Origin: Chitinophaga pinensis | Lineage (GTDB): Bacteria; Bacteroidota; Bacteroidia; Chitinophagales; Chitinophagaceae | Direction of reading: 5' to 3' | Length of the DNA: 64,000 bases | Assembly (NCBI GenBank): GCA_945862385.1 | Contig: CAMAXV010000003.1 | Span: 156,522-220,521, forward strand | Part shown: in pieces, positions 6,823 through 15,391 of the stretch | Position numbering within the stretch: the first letter of the stretch is position 1 | Layout: the number at the start of each line of letters is the position of its first letter | Position numbers and translations under genes: made by a program | Notes under the pieces: model-generated | The model's input: the letters and a program-made list of their open reading frames with translations, nothing else | Told to the model about the DNA's origin: nothing | Databases searched by the model: none

Positions 6823-7915
6823 AAACTCCTTTTCCTTTTTTTGGAACCTTATTTAATATCAACTTCTCATTTTGATAAAATGATAGAAACTCCAAGGCTT
6901 TATTATCCCCAAATTCAACTCCGTTTTTGCTCCAAATAGTTTTAATTCTATTTTTCAATTCGGTGTATTGAAATTGTGGTTTCAAATCAAATATTTCAAT
7001 TATCATCCTTAGGTGTACGTCCAATTCAAAATCGTGTGGAGATAGTATTTTTTTCTTTCTGTCCTTGTCTTTCGGTTTCCAATTCTCGTCAATGTATGGA
7101 ATTTTGTTATCGTCAATTCTAATCGCAAATGGTTCAAATTCCTTCTCCCTACATTGTTCCGGTTCAACGATTGATATTGACTTTTCTTTGTCGTCCTTCG
7201 TTACTGAAATAATAGTTTCCCCCTTATTGACTAACTCGGTTCCCAAATGTCCCCGGGCGTTGTTATCTCCTTTATTTTGGTGTATAACACACATACAATG
7301 GATATTCAGTTCCTCGGTCCATTTCATCAAATTTCCGGTTGTTTCAACGGCTTCCTGGGAGTTGTTAATATCAAAAACTAAATCTCTTATTCCGTCAATG
7401 ATAATCACTCCCAAATCCGGTGTATTGTAAATAATCTCTTTTATTACATCAATACGTTGATTTGTGGAGTATTTTCTCAAACTATGTATTATGAAATCTT
7501 CCGTTTTACTTATCTCGGCTAATTGCAAAATCCTACGTTGTATTTCAGCAACTTTTTCCCTTGATTGTTCGGTATCAAAAAATATCACTTTCTTTTTATC
7601 ACTCGGCAGTATTCCCCTTACCATTGAATTTGTATTGTCGTTTCTTAATAGTGCCGATACCAACAATGAAGTGAGAAATGTTTTTTTACTCTTTGCCTTA
7701 CCAATTATGACCGAAAAATTTCCGATTGTTGCAATTATTGAGTTTGAATTATTTGATATTATTTCCAAACAAACCGGGGGGAGTTCCAACATCTCCGATA
7801 TATCAACTCGGCTTTCTTTTATTATTTCCTCGGTTGTCATTTTATCCGCTGAAACCTTTGTTTTTTTTTGATTTTCTACCTCTTTAAAATCTTCATCTAT
7901 ATCTATTATTGGCAT
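6806..7915 (-). CDS. RecA/DnaB-like P-loop ATPase (AAA_25/RepA-like), putative replicative helicase or loader of the element
   Basis: Walker A is IIGKAKSKKT and Walker B is VIIIDGIRDL. The segment CVIHQNKGDNNARGHLG resembles the RepA/DnaB-type sensor region. Confidence 0.6.
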   Translation of the reverse strand: MPIIDIDEDFKEVENQKKTKVSADKMTTEEIIKESRVDISEMLELPPVCLEIISNNSNSIIATIGNFSVIIGKAKSKKTFLTSLLVSALLRNDNTNSMVRGILPSDKKKVIFFDTEQSREKVAEIQRRILQLAEISKTEDFIIHSLRKYSTNQRIDVIKEIIYNTPDLGVIIIDGIRDLVFDINNSQEAVETTGNLMKWTEELNIHCMCVIHQNKGDNNARGHLGTELVNKGETIISVTKDDKEKSISIVEPEQCREKEFEPFAIRIDDNKIPYIDENWKPKDKDRKKKILSPHDFELDVHLRMIIEIFDLKPQFQYTELKNRIKTIWSKNGVEFGDNKALEFLSFYQNEKLILNKVPKKGKGVYEKYI

Positions 7916-7917
7916 TA

Positions 7918-7980
7918 TTTTGCTAATTTTGAAGTGAGTAAATACGAAGGTTTCAACCTTCCGTTTTTGCTAATTTTGAA
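7918..7980. repeat. two copies of the 16-bp direct repeat TTTTGCTAATTTTGAA (7918-7933 and 7965-7980)
   Basis: The copies are exact, spaced 47 bp start to start, and lie between the HTH gene stop and the ATPase ATG. Each contains TAATTTTG, a match to the Bacteroidota -7 box TAnnTTTG, but on the strand opposite to the genes. Confidence 0.6.
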
Positions 7981-8017
7981 CACTTTGAAGGGGAGATATT
8001 ATCTCTCCTTTATTGTT

Positions 8018-8302
8018 TTACTTAGTTCTAATTTGTGATAGAGAGTTTTCTAATTCGGACCGCTTATATCTTACCCGGGAAGCAATACGATATCCGGTAA
8101 CTTTGCCGGTTTTGGTCCAATCCAATAATGTTGGCAGAGATACTCCCAATAAATTGGACGCTTCTTTCCTGGTTAAAAATTCGGTATTTGGAGAAGATTT
8201 GTTTACACCTTGAAGGATTGGCGTAATTTTGTCGAGTATTTCATTTGAAATCTCGTTTTTGAGTTGCTCCAACGGAAGTGATGTGAAAATGATATTTAAC
8301 AT
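8018..8302 (-). CDS. helix-turn-helix excisionase-family DNA-binding protein
   Basis: LTRKEASNLLGVSLPTLLDWTKTGKVTGYRIASRVRYKRSELE is the MerR/excisionase-type HTH (HTH_17-like) common in Bacteroidota mobile elements. Confidence 0.7.
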   Translation of the reverse strand: MLNIIFTSLPLEQLKNEISNEILDKITPILQGVNKSSPNTEFLTRKEASNLLGVSLPTLLDWTKTGKVTGYRIASRVRYKRSELENSLSQIRTK

Positions 8303-8382
8303 AAATATTAATTATTTATGCAAACTTCTCATTACTTAATTGCCTTTACTCGCTCATACTCTCTCACCACTCTCTTACTTTG

Positions 8383-9075
8383 TTATTCTTTTCGATTTTT
8401 TATAGTAACAAATCTTTGATTATCTAATTCCAACGAGTTTTTGTTTGGATTAATTTCATTTTCAAGATTGTTATGTGTAGTTTCCACATCAAACAATTCC
8501 ATTAAATACTTCGCGCTCTTTTTGTAACTATTTGTAGGTAACTCTATCCATCCTTTTCCAACTAATTCAAGTATTAAAAAACCTAATTGAGAGGGCTTCC
8601 CTTTCCATTTTATCTTTTTAGATAAGATATTTTTTTGAAAATCTTCAATTTCGTCGTCTTTAACTCTCATTTCAATAAAATCTTCAAACCCCGACTTAAT
8701 CTCATTGAATTTTTTTATTGTAATACGTTTATGTTGTTTTTGGTGCCAAGCAATTGGAAAGGGGCGTTCTATAACTCCTTCAAAGTACCAAAATGATTCA
8801 TCATCCCAATTGCTAATTTTTTTGACTTTGTTTTCAACCTCATTTTCTTTGATTCTACTATACTCATTTAAATATCGTTCATTGTAATGTTGAATTAAAA
8901 ACTGAAATCTATTTTCCAGTTCTGAGAAAAGGTCTTTCAAATTTCTTACGAAATTCGAATTGGAAGAATTATGTTTTTGATATTGGTTAGAAAAGTAATG
9001 GGGTATATCTTTTTCTTTTAAACCAATTGAAAATTCAAAAATTGAATGATAATCCTTTGGAAGTAAAAACGTCAT
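8383..9075 (-). CDS. hypothetical protein, possibly RteC-like regulatory protein
   Basis: 230-aa ORF directly downstream of the integrase. The C-terminal KWKGKPSQLGFLILELVGKGWIELP...SAKYLMELFDV resembles the C-terminal winged-helix-like block of RteC-family proteins as I recall it. Confidence 0.35.
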   Translation of the reverse strand: MTFLLPKDYHSIFEFSIGLKEKDIPHYFSNQYQKHNSSNSNFVRNLKDLFSELENRFQFLIQHYNERYLNEYSRIKENEVENKVKKISNWDDESFWYFEGVIERPFPIAWHQKQHKRITIKKFNEIKSGFEDFIEMRVKDDEIEDFQKNILSKKIKWKGKPSQLGFLILELVGKGWIELPTNSYKKSAKYLMELFDVETTHNNLENEINPNKNSLELDNQRFVTIKNRKE

Positions 9076-9103
9076 TTGCTAAAGTTTGAACAAACTAAAA
9101 TTA

Positions 9104-10393
9104 TCAAACAATCTTCATATTGTTTCTTTTCTCCCAATGCAATTTTAATAGTTGGGCGTGGTCGGTTGGGTTCAATTTAATATATCTCAAAAACGCTTTC
9201 TCGGTCCTATGACCTGTTACCGCCATTATAGTAATAGTTGGTGTTCCGTTCAAATATTCATTTGTTGCAAAGGACCTTCGGGCAGCATGGGTGGTCAATA
9301 ATTCATATTTATTAAATCTCTTTAAAACCTTCATACCTCCCTTTGTAATGGTTGTTTCAAATGGTGTATGCAGAGATTGAACCATAACTCCTAACTCCTT
9401 CAAATAATCATTAAATCGTTGGTTTGTAATTGCTCGGGGTAACTCTCCATTGTGTTTTTGGATAATTCGTGTAACAACCTGGTGTATTGGTATAACAACC
9501 GGGTTCCCGGTTTTTGTTTGTTCCTTAATCTCAATAAATCCGTTTTTCATTTGGTCGGGTTTCAATATTGAGAAATCGGAGAAACGCAATCCCGAATAAC
9601 AACCAACCAAAAACAAATCCCGGACGTTGTCCAATCTTTGATTGCTTGACAAATCCAAATTTTCAATCTCTTTCAACTCGGTTTCACTCAAATAAATACT
9701 ATCGGTTTGCTCACTTGTTGTACTGAATTTTCTACTTTTAAATTGAAGGTTAGTATTTATCCCCCTCTCGGTCGCTTCGTTTAAAATGGTTTTGATTGTC
9801 TTAATATCCTTTCCAATGGTATTGGTGGCTAAATTTAGACGCTTTGAGAGATACTCGGTAAAATCGGTGTAGAAATCAACGTCAATGGTATTGAAGTCAA
9901 TTATCCGCTTCCTTGTGGCTTGAAACTCCTTTAATCTTCGGAAAGTGTTTTTGTATACCTGGATTGTTGCTTTGCTATATGGCTTCCCGGAAGTTGGTTG
10001 AACACGTCCGCCATTTACACTTTGATTAATCAAGTTTTCAAAGAAGGGGAAGAAGGATTTTTCTTTTTCCGTTTTGGGTTCAATTTTCTTCAATTCCTTA
10101 TCTAACAACAATTTGAGTTTCTCCGGGTTAGGTACCTTGTTATTGTGGTCGTTCAAATAGTTCCGATAAATGGTTTGAATGTCGGAAGATATGCGGTTCA
10201 ATCTCTCGTTAAACTCGGGGTGTTCCCTAAATTTTGCAATTTGCTTCGCTCGTTTGGTTTTATTGTCCCAATACTTTGGATTAATCTTTTCCGAAATATA
10301 GAATTTGAAATCAAATCCTTCGTAAAATATCCGGGCGTAAATGGAAGATTGAGTTTGGGATTGGGGATTTTTTAAGGTAAATACTATCGTCAT
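9104..10393 (-). CDS. int: tyrosine-type site-specific integrase (Bacteroidota phage-integrase family)
   Basis: The catalytic region shows GLRFSD (Arg), HAARRSFAT (HxxR) and VTGHRTEKAFLRYIK (His...Tyr). At 429 aa it also has an N-terminal arm/SAM-like region. It lies adjacent to attR. Confidence 0.9.
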   Translation of the reverse strand: MTIVFTLKNPQSQTQSSIYARIFYEGFDFKFYISEKINPKYWDNKTKRAKQIAKFREHPEFNERLNRISSDIQTIYRNYLNDHNNKVPNPEKLKLLLDKELKKIEPKTEKEKSFFPFFENLINQSVNGGRVQPTSGKPYSKATIQVYKNTFRRLKEFQATRKRIIDFNTIDVDFYTDFTEYLSKRLNLATNTIGKDIKTIKTILNEATERGINTNLQFKSRKFSTTSEQTDSIYLSETELKEIENLDLSSNQRLDNVRDLFLVGCYSGLRFSDFSILKPDQMKNGFIEIKEQTKTGNPVVIPIHQVVTRIIQKHNGELPRAITNQRFNDYLKELGVMVQSLHTPFETTITKGGMKVLKRFNKYELLTTHAARRSFATNEYLNGTPTITIMAVTGHRTEKAFLRYIKLNPTDHAQLLKLHWEKRNNMKIV

Positions 10394-10440
10394 ATTGTTG
10401 AAATTTTGAACAATACGAAGATAATTAACAAATCAATCCG

Positions 10441-10468
10441 GGGGACGTTCCAGGGGACGTTTAAATTT
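10441..10468 (+). repeat. tandem GGGGACG motif plus TTTAAATTT (copy 2, attR arm)
   Basis: See 4545-4572. 24 of 28 positions are identical and the orientation is the same. Confidence 0.55.
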
Positions 10469-10578
10469 AATTTCTTTTAATCTTACTTTTCTTTAATTTC
10501 CTTTGTAAATCAATATTGACAAGTATTACAAGCGAAATATTAGTGAAGTTCAATTTGAGTTAAATCAACTATGTTCCG

Positions 10579-10596
10579 GTCCCGTCCGGTCCGCAA
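10579..10596. repeat. attR core: displaced 3' fragment of tRNA-Asp (GTCCCGTCCGGTCCGCAA)
   Basis: Exact copy of 4473-4490. Confidence 0.85.
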
Positions 10597-10597
10597 A

Positions 10598-10626
10598 AAG
10601 CCCTTGAGTTTCAGGGGCTTTTTTGT
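10598..10626 (+). terminator. original tRNA-Asp terminator hairpin
   Basis: AAGCCC-N10-GGGCTT followed by TTTTTGTTTTT, immediately after the attR tRNA fragment. Confidence 0.6.
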
Positions 10627-10696
10627 TTTTGGTATGAATTACGTTTAATTTTTTGGGGTGATTTGACTTCACTAAATATATTCTGCTAACTCAACA

Positions 10697-11242
10697 TCAT
10701 TCCCTGAATTTCTTGTACATCCGAATAGCAAACATCAAAAGAATTATCAATAACAGTAAGGCAACCAATCCCCATACTGCACTCATGGCCTGCTTTACCA
10801 CCACAAGCATCACAATGGCAAAAAGGAAAATAGTGGCAACTTCATTCCATATCCTCAACTGATTGGAACTATACCTGAATATCCCCTGAATTTGCTGCCT
10901 GAAAATCATGTGTAATGACAGATGATATGCATATAGCAACAAAACAAAAAGTAATTTGACAAGAAGCCAACGACCTTCGGGATGAAAAACTATCCGAACA
11001 TAACCGCTGGAAATAAGAATCCAGATGCCCATTACCAGTGTGATAATGGCTGATGGCCAGGTTATGCCAAACCAAAGCCGCTTCAACATAACTGTGAATT
11101 GCTTTTGTAAAACAGACCGTTCAATATCGCCTAATTGTTGTGCTTCAGTATTGTAGATGAACAACCGGGGCATATAAAAAAGCCCTGCAAACCAGGTCAC
11201 CACAAAGATGATGTGCAGGGCCTTTACATAATCTGCTGTCAT
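10697..11242 (-). CDS. hemJ: protoporphyrinogen IX oxidase, HemJ type (CopD-like membrane protein)
   Basis: N-terminal KALHIIFVVTWFAGLFYMPRLFIY, four to five predicted TM helices, ~180 aa, and a position next to hemH. Confidence 0.75.
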   Translation of the reverse strand: MTADYVKALHIIFVVTWFAGLFYMPRLFIYNTEAQQLGDIERSVLQKQFTVMLKRLWFGITWPSAIITLVMGIWILISSGYVRIVFHPEGRWLLVKLLFVLLLYAYHLSLHMIFRQQIQGIFRYSSNQLRIWNEVATIFLFAIVMLVVVKQAMSAVWGLVALLLLIILLMFAIRMYKKFRE

Positions 11243-11245
11243 AAA

Positions 11246-12286
11246 TCAGGATAAAATCATTTTAGCTGAACCTGACTTAACATCGTCCACATAGCCTTTC
11301 AAAGTACTAACCCAATCTGGGTGTGTATTCAAGCAGGGAATCATGGTAAATGACTCACCGCCGGCATGTATAAACTCCTCCTTGCCTTCTTCAGCAATTT
11401 CTTCCAAAGTTTCCAGACAATCACTCACGAATGCCGGACAAGCAACGAGCAACTTCTTTACGCCTTCTTTGGGAAGGTGCTCCAATCGGTTTGCAGTGTA
11501 GGGCTTGAGCCATTCTTCACGACCTAACCTTGACTGAAAAGAATATTCGAATTTATCTGCAGGGATACCCAGCTTTTCAACAACAAGCATGGTTGTTGTA
11601 TGGCAGTGCTGCCTGTAACATTGTTTGTGAGCAGTTGAATCAACCGAACAGCAATTATTCACTTTCAGACAATGACATCCGGTAACGTCTCCTTTCCGGA
11701 TGTGCCGCTCTGGTACACCATGATAACTAAATAGAATCTTGTCATAATCCTGCTCCAGGTAAGGCGCTATGCTGTTTGCCAATGCATTGATGTATTCTTC
11801 ATCCTTGTAATAAGGCTTGATAAATGTGAGCTTGAATGGATAATTATTTTTATCATAAACTTCCTGTGCATAAGCAACAGCAGTTTCATAACTACTCATG
11901 GCATAATGGGGATACAAAGGGATGGCAATTACTTCATCGAGTCCATCTACCTGACTCATCAGGCTGTCAAATGCAGCCTTGGGAGTAGGATTTCCATATC
12001 GCATGGCAATCTCTACCGGCTCTTCCACGTGTTGTTGAAGTGCCTGCTGCAACTGCCGGGTCAACACCATCAGCGGTGAACCTTCGTCTGTCCAGATTGA
12101 CCGGTATGCCTTTGCAGACTTGGGCGAACGAAATGGTACGATAATACCCCGCACAAGCAATAACCTGAGCAGGTAGGGGTAATCAATCACCCTTTCGTCC
12201 ATCAAAAATTCACTCAGGTATTTCCGGAGATCTTTCACAGAGGTTGAATCAGGAGACCCAAGGTTCATCAGTAGAATGGCTTTCAT
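11246..12286 (-). CDS. hemH: ferrochelatase
   Basis: 346 aa. The N-terminal LLMNLGSPDS and the later SYHGVPERH and CPAFVSDCLETLEEI blocks are typical ferrochelatase motifs. Confidence 0.9.
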   Translation of the reverse strand: MKAILLMNLGSPDSTSVKDLRKYLSEFLMDERVIDYPYLLRLLLVRGIIVPFRSPKSAKAYRSIWTDEGSPLMVLTRQLQQALQQHVEEPVEIAMRYGNPTPKAAFDSLMSQVDGLDEVIAIPLYPHYAMSSYETAVAYAQEVYDKNNYPFKLTFIKPYYKDEEYINALANSIAPYLEQDYDKILFSYHGVPERHIRKGDVTGCHCLKVNNCCSVDSTAHKQCYRQHCHTTTMLVVEKLGIPADKFEYSFQSRLGREEWLKPYTANRLEHLPKEGVKKLLVACPAFVSDCLETLEEIAEEGKEEFIHAGGESFTMIPCLNTHPDWVSTLKGYVDDVKSGSAKMILS

Positions 12287-12440
12287 AAAATTTTATTATT
12301 ATAAGTACACAAAACTAAGTTATCAGCCTTCCTGGGCTTACCAGTACAGTCACTGAACTGTCAAAAAAACGGAATCAGGCAATTAAAATTGCCCTAAACA
12401 CAATAAAATCAGCGAATTGACATTTTAGTGACAAGACAAC

Positions 12441-12471
12441 TTGTGCGTGGCAAACCCTCGCTATACTTTTG
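12441..12471 (+). promoter_or_regulatory. putative sigma-A promoter of the hemACDEFBL operon
   Basis: cTTG (12440-12443), a 20-nt spacer, then TACTTTTG (12464-12471) fits the Bacteroidota TTTG-N19-21-TAnnTTTG consensus. It lies 20 nt upstream of the ATG at 12491. Confidence 0.4.
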
Positions 12472-12490
12472 TATTCGAAACCCCCTAATC

Positions 12491-13708
12491 ATGGTTTACG
12501 TCAAATCGACACCCTTTCATTTTTGCATGGCCGGAGTAAACTACCGGAAAACTGATGGTCACCTGAGAAGCAGGTATGCACTCAATGATACCCAGTATGA
12601 AAACCTGCTGCAGCTGGCAGGCTCCTTCCAGGTTGAAGAGTGCTTTGTTATTTCTACCTGCAACAGGACTGAGATATACGGAACCACTGACAACGTGCAT
12701 AAACTCATGCAATTGCTTTGTACCCATACAGAGGGGGATTTGCCTGGATTTGAACAAATCGCATATTTAAAAAAAGGGGAAGAAGCAGTTCGTCATCTAT
12801 TTGATGTGGTATCCGGCTTGGATTCTCAAATACTTGGAGATTATGAAATTGTTGGCCAGGTAAAGAAATCTGTAAAAATTGCAAGACAGGCAGGAATGCT
12901 TGGGGCATATACAGACAGGGTTAGCAATCTCGCATTCCAATGTTCCAAGAAAATCAAAACTTCTACCTGCCTGAGTGGTGGCACTATTTCAGTATCCTTT
13001 GCTGCCATCCAATATCTCAAGGAGAATTTAAAAACAACAATCAATCAAAATATCTTGTTGATTGGTACAGGTAAATTCGGAAGAATAACATGCAAAAATC
13101 TTGTAGACTACCTGAACACTAAAAACATAACCCTCCTCAACAGATCTATGTATAAGGCTGAGGCACTGGCTCAGGAACTGGGACTGAAAGTTGCCCCGAT
13201 GGAGGAACTGCCAAACCTGTTGAAAACCGCTGATGCAGTCCTTGTTGCTACAAATGCAAAAAGACCAATTATCCTGAAAGAACACCTCAATAACGGAAGA
13301 GAAATGGTTGTAATTGATCTTTCTATTCCATTCAATGTAGAAGAAAGCGTTAAAGAACTCTCCTCTGTAAACCTGATTAACGTTGATGACCTGTCGAGGA
13401 TAAAAGATGAGACGCTTGAAAAAAGAAATGCAGAAGTCCCCAAAGCAAAAGCTATAATTGATACCCATATTCAGGAATTTTTTGAATGGGTTTCCATGAG
13501 AAGATATGTTCCTGTGATGCAGTCTCTTAAATCTAAACTGCTTGAAATACAGGAAGCCCAGCCATACTTGATGGCTACCTCATCGAAATCAACAGAGAAA
13601 AGAATTCAGAATGCCATCAACGGCATGGTGAATAAAATGCGCAGGCAAGATAACAAAGGCTGCCACTATCTCGAAGCCATCAATGAATTCATGACTGTAA
13701 CAGCCTGA
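12491..13708 (+). CDS. hemA: glutamyl-tRNA reductase
   Basis: STCNRTEIY active-site block and a Rossmann LLIGTGKFG motif. I prefer the ATG at 12491 over the track start 12428, which would lie upstream of the predicted promoter. Confidence 0.85.
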   Translation: MVYVKSTPFHFCMAGVNYRKTDGHLRSRYALNDTQYENLLQLAGSFQVEECFVISTCNRTEIYGTTDNVHKLMQLLCTHTEGDLPGFEQIAYLKKGEEAVRHLFDVVSGLDSQILGDYEIVGQVKKSVKIARQAGMLGAYTDRVSNLAFQCSKKIKTSTCLSGGTISVSFAAIQYLKENLKTTINQNILLIGTGKFGRITCKNLVDYLNTKNITLLNRSMYKAEALAQELGLKVAPMEELPNLLKTADAVLVATNAKRPIILKEHLNNGREMVVIDLSIPFNVEESVKELSSVNLINVDDLSRIKDETLEKRNAEVPKAKAIIDTHIQEFFEWVSMRRYVPVMQSLKSKLLEIQEAQPYLMATSSKSTEKRIQNAINGMVNKMRRQDNKGCHYLEAINEFMTVTA

Positions 13709-13709
13709 T

Positions 13710-14639
13710 ATGGAAAAAATCATCCGCATTGGAACACGTGAAAGTCAGCTCGCAGTATGGCAGGCTACAACCGTACAGGCACTGCTTGCAGACAAAGGAT
13801 TTAAAAGTGAGCTTGTGCTGATTAAAAGTGAAGGAGACATAGATCTGAAAACGCCCTTGTATGCTATGGGTGTGCAGGGCGTGTTCACCAGAAGCCTTGA
13901 TATAGCATTGCTTAATGAAAGGATAGATATAGCAGTGCATTCCATGAAAGACGTTCCTACGCAACTTCCTGAAGGAATCATACAGGCTGCAGTGCTGCAA
14001 AGAGGTCCTGTTAAAGACCTGCTTGTTTACAAGGGAAAATGGAATAAGGAAACCGACTTACAAGAAGCAAAAAGTTTAAACCTGCAGATTGCGACAAGCA
14101 GTGTTCGCAGAAAATCACAGTGGCTGAACAGGTTCCCGCTATCTGACATCCATAACCTGAGGGGTAATGTAAATACTCGCCTCCGGAAACTGGCTGAAGA
14201 AAACTGGGATGGAGCAATTTTTGCAGCTGCAGGATTGGAAAGAATTGGACTCCGACCCGAAAACTCAATTGAACTTGACTGGATGTTGCCGGCACCTGCA
14301 CAAGGTGCTATCATGATTGTATGTGGCAAACAGGATCAAAGCGCTTTCGAAGTATGCCAGCTTCTGAATGATGAGCCTACAGCACTATGCACAAAAGTTG
14401 AAAGAGATTTTTTGAGCGCTCTGATGGGAGGCTGCTCTACCCCTATAAGTGCACATTCCAACATCACTGGTGATGAACTGCATTTCAAAGGAGAAATTTT
14501 ATCCCTGGATGGCCAACAAAAAGCTTCGCTGGATACAAAAATCCAGTTAGATCAGGCATATAATTATGGTAAAACAGCAGCCGATCAGATACTTGCGCAA
14601 GGCGGACAAGCCATTGTGGATGCTATGAAACATGCCTGA
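13710..14639 (+). CDS. hemC: hydroxymethylbilane synthase (porphobilinogen deaminase)
   Basis: IRIGTRESQLAVWQA, AVHSMKDVP and RGNVNTRLRKL motifs. Confidence 0.9.
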   Translation: MEKIIRIGTRESQLAVWQATTVQALLADKGFKSELVLIKSEGDIDLKTPLYAMGVQGVFTRSLDIALLNERIDIAVHSMKDVPTQLPEGIIQAAVLQRGPVKDLLVYKGKWNKETDLQEAKSLNLQIATSSVRRKSQWLNRFPLSDIHNLRGNVNTRLRKLAEENWDGAIFAAAGLERIGLRPENSIELDWMLPAPAQGAIMIVCGKQDQSAFEVCQLLNDEPTALCTKVERDFLSALMGGCSTPISAHSNITGDELHFKGEILSLDGQQKASLDTKIQLDQAYNYGKTAADQILAQGGQAIVDAMKHA

Positions 14640-15348
14640 TACACATTACCATATTTTATCCACCAGACCACTGGATAAGTCCCTTATTGAAGAGGCCGAA
14701 AAGCAAGGTATCACCATTGACCAGGCCGACTTCATCGCAACAAAACCCATACATACACCGGAAATAACCGAAAGCATCCAATCAGTTGCCCGCAAAAAAA
14801 TAACTGTTGTTTTCACCAGCATGAATGCGGTGGACGCGGTGTACGCCCAGCTTCAGGAAGCCTTACCCGCATGGGATATCTTCAGTATTGGACATACCAC
14901 ACAACAATTAATTCACAAATATTTCAGCAAAGCTGTGATAGTTGCTTCAGCTGATGACGCTGGTCAACTTGCCCGGGAAATTATTGCGAAAGGCGACATC
15001 AGAGCGGTTACCTTTTTTTGTGGAGACAGGAGAAGGGATGAACTACCGGATCTTTTAAAAAGTAATGGCATCCTGGTCAATGAAATAATCGTTTACCAAA
15101 CGCTTATGATACCAGCTATTACTTCAGCAGTTTATGACGCTATTCTATTCTTCTCTCCCAGTGCTGTGGAAAGTTTTTTTACATGCAACACACTACCGGC
15201 ACATACAATTCCGTTTGCGATAGGAAAAACAACAGCTGAAGCAATCAGGCAATACACCACAAATAAAATCATAACCGGCAATGCTCCCGGTAAAAATTCA
15301 CTGGTTAACGAGGCTTTGTTTTATTTTAAAAATAAAAACACAAACTAG
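14632..15348 (+). CDS. hemD: uroporphyrinogen-III synthase
   Basis: 238 aa. It overlaps the hemC stop by 8 nt, sits between hemC and hemE, and has the VFTSMNAV and FFSPSAV repeats of the two-lobed HemD fold. Confidence 0.75.
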   Translation: MPDTHYHILSTRPLDKSLIEEAEKQGITIDQADFIATKPIHTPEITESIQSVARKKITVVFTSMNAVDAVYAQLQEALPAWDIFSIGHTTQQLIHKYFSKAVIVASADDAGQLAREIIAKGDIRAVTFFCGDRRRDELPDLLKSNGILVNEIIVYQTLMIPAITSAVYDAILFFSPSAVESFFTCNTLPAHTIPFAIGKTTAEAIRQYTTNKIITGNAPGKNSLVNEALFYFKNKNTN

Positions 15349-15391
15349 TATAACTTTATACAATCCAATATCAACTGATTAAACAGAAACT

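Larger units (their letters stand above)
4473..10596. mobile_element. ~6.1-kb integrative element inserted in the 3' end of tRNA-Asp (integrase, HTH, replication module; no relaxase, no capsid genes)
   Basis: It is bounded by the 18-bp direct repeat. A tyrosine integrase lies next to attR. The displaced tRNA 3' fragment at attR is followed by its own terminator hairpin. The interior is visibly more AT-rich than the flanks. Seven co-oriented genes have short or overlapping junctions. Confidence 0.85.

Noticed and set aside
8013-8213. 66-aa plus-strand ORF downstream of the TAATTTTG boxes, considered as an antisense-encoded island gene
   Set aside because: It lies fully antisense to the well-supported excisionase-type HTH gene. 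It has a TTG start, no recognisable features and no properly spaced -33 element upstream.
4473-10596. Interpretation of the island as an NBU-like mobilisable element or a small prophage
   Set aside because: I could find no ORF with relaxase/Mob hallmarks (the HxH / HxDxxH histidine motifs and the catalytic Tyr N-terminus) and no oriT-like nick region. There are also no capsid, portal, tail or lysis genes, and 6.1 kb is too small for a prophage. These absences should still be confirmed by profile searches.
12428-12490. Longer hemA start (track ORF begins at 12428)
   Set aside because: This start would lie upstream of the best promoter match (12441-12471). It adds a non-conserved basic N-terminus. 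The ATG at 12491 is preferred, though not proven.
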